Shown piece after piece: positions 60,881 through 64,000 of a DNA stretch of 64,000 bases. The position numbers and the translations under genes were made by a program. The stretch's first letter is position 1. Each line of letters opens with the position of its first letter. Source of the DNA: Schmidtea polychroa (Eukaryota); NCBI GenBank assembly GCA_044892525.1, contig CM097887.1:107176397-107240396 (forward strand), in the 5' to 3' direction. The notes beneath the pieces were generated by a model that saw nothing but the letters and a program-made list of their open reading frames with translations, ran no database searches and was not told the origin of the DNA.

Positions 60881-63800
60881 TCCCCCTCCATTTAAAACTT
60901 GTGAGCCATTCTACATTTCGAATTATTTCTTTGCATTGCTTATTCTTTAGAACATAGCTTCTGTCATGTCGTTTTCCAGTTATTTCATAAGGCCCTTCAT
61001 AAGTTATGAATCATAACGTTCATCCATCTTTTTAGTATTTTCTTTTTTAACCAATACTTGGTCTCCAACTTCAAAATTCCTATAATTTTGTGTAATTAAA
61101 TTCTTTTCCATGTTTTGTTTATGTTTAATTCCCTCCACGATCTTCCTTCTCCGATTATTAGCATCATTATTTTGTATATCCAAATTCTCTTTTCCCATCC
61201 ATTGTCTACAAATATTCCGCCCAAATATTATTTCAGAGGGCGAAAATCCGGTTGTCTGCTGTATCGTCGCATTTAACATAAATTCCACATCTGGCAAAAT
61301 TTCTGCCCAATCTTTATGCCGTTTGTCTTTTAACGTAATTGCAATTGCATCCCTCATAGTTCTAAATTGCCTCTCAACTAAACCGTTTGTACTATGATGA
61401 TATGGGCTTGAATATATTATTGTAATATGATGCGTTTTCAACACTTCTAAAAGGACTTGAGATTCAAATGTTTTTCCTCTATCGGAGTGAATGATTTTAG
61501 GGGCACCAAATTTCAAAATCCAATTTTCTCTTAAAATCTTTGCCGTCGTCTTTTCATCCTGATGAGCAACTGCCGTCAATGATATATACCTACTGAATTG
61601 ATCAATTATAGCTAAAATATATTGTTTTCCATGAATTGTTTTCTTAAATGGTCCGCAGAAATCAATAAATATCTCTTTGAAAACTTCATCTGTACTCTGT
61701 TTAATCAACGGTTCTTTTGTTCGTCTAGTCCACGTCTTCCGTTTCTGACACTGTTCACAATTTTCAATCACTCTTCTAACTTCATTTTCACTAATTTTCA
61801 TTTTCATATTTTCCCGTGCATATTCGTAAATTTTTTTTACCCCTGCGTGACATAAGTCTTTATGTATATTAAAAATTATACCTTCATTATTTAATTTTAT
61901 TTCTTGGTCCATATTTTCTATGACCAATATTTTAGTTTTATTTTTATCTACCTTGGCGTTTTCATGAACTGTTTGGCACTGACTACATGAAGTACAGTCT
62001 TTTCTTGATAGGGCATCTGCGTTAGCATGCAATTATCCTTTTCTGTATTCTAATTTGATATCTAGCCCACTTAAATAGTTAATCCATGTTTGGAATTGTG
62101 CTGTAATTGGCTTTTTTGTATTTATCATAAAGGTTATAGCTTTATGATCGGTTCTTAAAGTAAATCTTTTTCCATATAGATAGTGTTTGAAATGCTGAGT
62201 AAAATGATAGATTGCAAGCAATTCCTTTCGCGTAATGCAGTAACCGATTTCGTGCTTATTCATTGTCTTTGATCCATATGCAATAACTTGTTCTTGTCCA
62301 TTACTACTCAACTGAGAAAGCACTCCCCCCAATCGTATCGAAACTAGCATCTGTATCTAAAATAAAGGTTTTTCGTAAATCCGGAAATCCTAGTACTGGG
62401 GTAGACGTTAACGCTTTCTTTAGAGTGTTGAAGTTTGTTTCACATTCTTCAGTTTATATAAGTTTATCTTTGTTAGACTCACATAACCTTTCTAATGGTC
62501 TTGCATACTTGGCGTAATCTTTAACAAATTTTCGATAATAATTTGTTAAGCCTAGAAAGCTTCTTAAACGTTTAATACATTTTGGTTTTTCATATTCTTG
62601 CATTGCTTTTATCTTTTCATAATCTGTCTTAATACCATTTTTATTTATAATGTGTCCCAAAAATTTTATTTCTAGTTTGTTAAAACAACATTTTTCTAAG
62701 CTTATTTTCAAACCAGCTTCTTGAATCTTTCGAAAAACTCTTTCTAGTCTTTTTTATGTTCGATTTCACTGTCTGCAAATATCAGGATATCGTCTAAATA
62801 GACAATTGCTTCTCTCCAATTAAGATCACCCAAAACTTGAGTCATTAATTTTTGAAAAGTTGCTGGGGCAGCTGCAATTCCAAAAGGCATTCTGTTAAAA
62901 CAATATTGACCATCTTTTGTTGAAAATGCAGTCTTTATTTTTGATTCCTCTTCTAATTCCACTTGATAATAAGCATTACCAAGATCGATAGTGCTAAATA
63001 TCTGTGCTCCATTTAGGATATCCATCATCTCTTCAATATTTGGTATTGGAAATCGAGGTCTCTCCGTAATTGCATTTAGTGCCCGAAAATCCAAACATAT
63101 TCTAATATCTGATTTATTCTTTTTTAACACACATACCAATGGGCTATTCCACACCGAGTCACATTTTTTTATAATTCCTGCTTCTTCCATGTCTTTTAGC
63201 ATGTCTTGTATTTTGTGAGCAATATGAATCGGCTGACGTCTAGGATTAATTGTCACTGGGCTACCTCTAGTAACTATCTTATGTTTAATTAACTGTGTTT
63301 TTCCTATATCCCATTTATTTTTCATGAATATATCCGAAAATTCTTTAAGTAATTTATTAATCGTTGGGTCGATAATTCCTTTCAAATTGTTTTCCTCTAA
63401 ATTCATTAATTGATTTTTTAATTTTACTTTAGTTACTGCCTGTAATTTAATATCAAAACAATTCATCATTTCTACGCCTGCAATTACGCTCGGGTTAATC
63501 TTATTTGCCACAAAGAATCTTATTACCAATTCTAATCCCGAAATTCTCACTTTTAGTAATATTGTTCCTATGATTTTAAGTGTGCTCTCGTTTGCACATG
63601 TAACCATAATATTGGATTCCCCTATTTTATCACGCATCTTTAATTTACTAACAATATCTTCGCTAATCACGTTTATTCTAGCCCCGGTATCCAAAAGACA
63701 ATCAACTTTTATTTTATTTTCCAGCCAAATACCTACACTAGGTCTGCCATTCATTCTTTCGTAAACGAATTTAGGTGCAAAAGATCTTTCTTTATTTTCA

Positions 63801-64000
63801 TTAACTTTATTATTAATTATATCGATATTCATAATCTTATCAATTTTGTTATTAATTTCATATAAACTATATTCAAAATAATTTTCAAAGTCAAAACATT
63901 CACAATCATTCATAATTACATCATTAATTTTTAAATCATCTTTAAATTCATTCATTACGGAAATCTTGAAATCACAAGCATTCAAATTCAAACATTCTGT
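60876..64000 (-). pseudogene. pol: Ty3/Gypsy pol (protease-RT-RNase H-integrase), disrupted; the element continues beyond the window
   Basis: Motifs in Gypsy order: PR LLDTGA, RT ICLDFRALN / YCFNRMPFG / YLDD, RNase H DTDAS...ELLAI...TDHKAI, IN HKDLCH..CEQC, IDFCGP, HSDRG, GLVER and GPY. Lesions: frameshifts near 62745 and 62325, stops at 62454 and 62033, and a 14-bp insertion near 61005. Confidence 0.96.
60881..60893 (-). promoter_or_regulatory. Polypurine tract (AAATGGAGGGGGA)
   Basis: Purine run abutting the LTR's TG. Confidence 0.85.

Larger units (their letters stand above)
60597..64000 (-). mobile_element. Ty3/Gypsy LTR retrotransposon, 3' portion
   Basis: pol, PPT and 3' LTR are in canonical order. 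Confidence 0.95.

Overview
AT-rich eukaryotic (probably invertebrate animal) repeat-rich DNA with two N-gaps (42820-42971, 51438-51612). There are no prokaryotic features, rRNA, tRNA or CRISPR. (1) 1-41882 is a head-to-tail array of about 14.6 near-identical 2,866-bp units. Each unit carries a degenerate CMGC/GSK3-like kinase fragment, a transmembrane ORF, a frameshifted ORF with a catalytically degenerate REX4/ISG20-like DEDDh exonuclease fold, and an AT-rich spacer. (2) 41883-53680 is an ~11.8-kb insertion flanked by a 4-bp duplication (AAAG). It consists of two diverged paralogous halves joined tail-to-tail. Each half runs: TGTTGG-capped long repeat, AT-rich repeats, AT-hook ORF, coiled-coil ORF, structured 190-bp arm. 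The same ~60-nt hairpin, ending in a tRNA-acceptor-like GTAACCC-A-CCA, sits at the central axis and at the right terminus. No RT, transposase, recombinase or Rep was seen, so I cannot assign it to a known class; it is the best candidate here for an undescribed system. (3) 53681-56328 completes the interrupted unit and holds the only copy of the exonuclease-like ORF that is uninterrupted (571 aa). (4) 59-64 kb holds a hAT MITE with an 8-bp TSD, a third TGTTGG repeat, and the 3' part of a decayed Ty3/Gypsy retrotransposon on the minus strand. All homology calls are by-eye motif recognition, not database searches.
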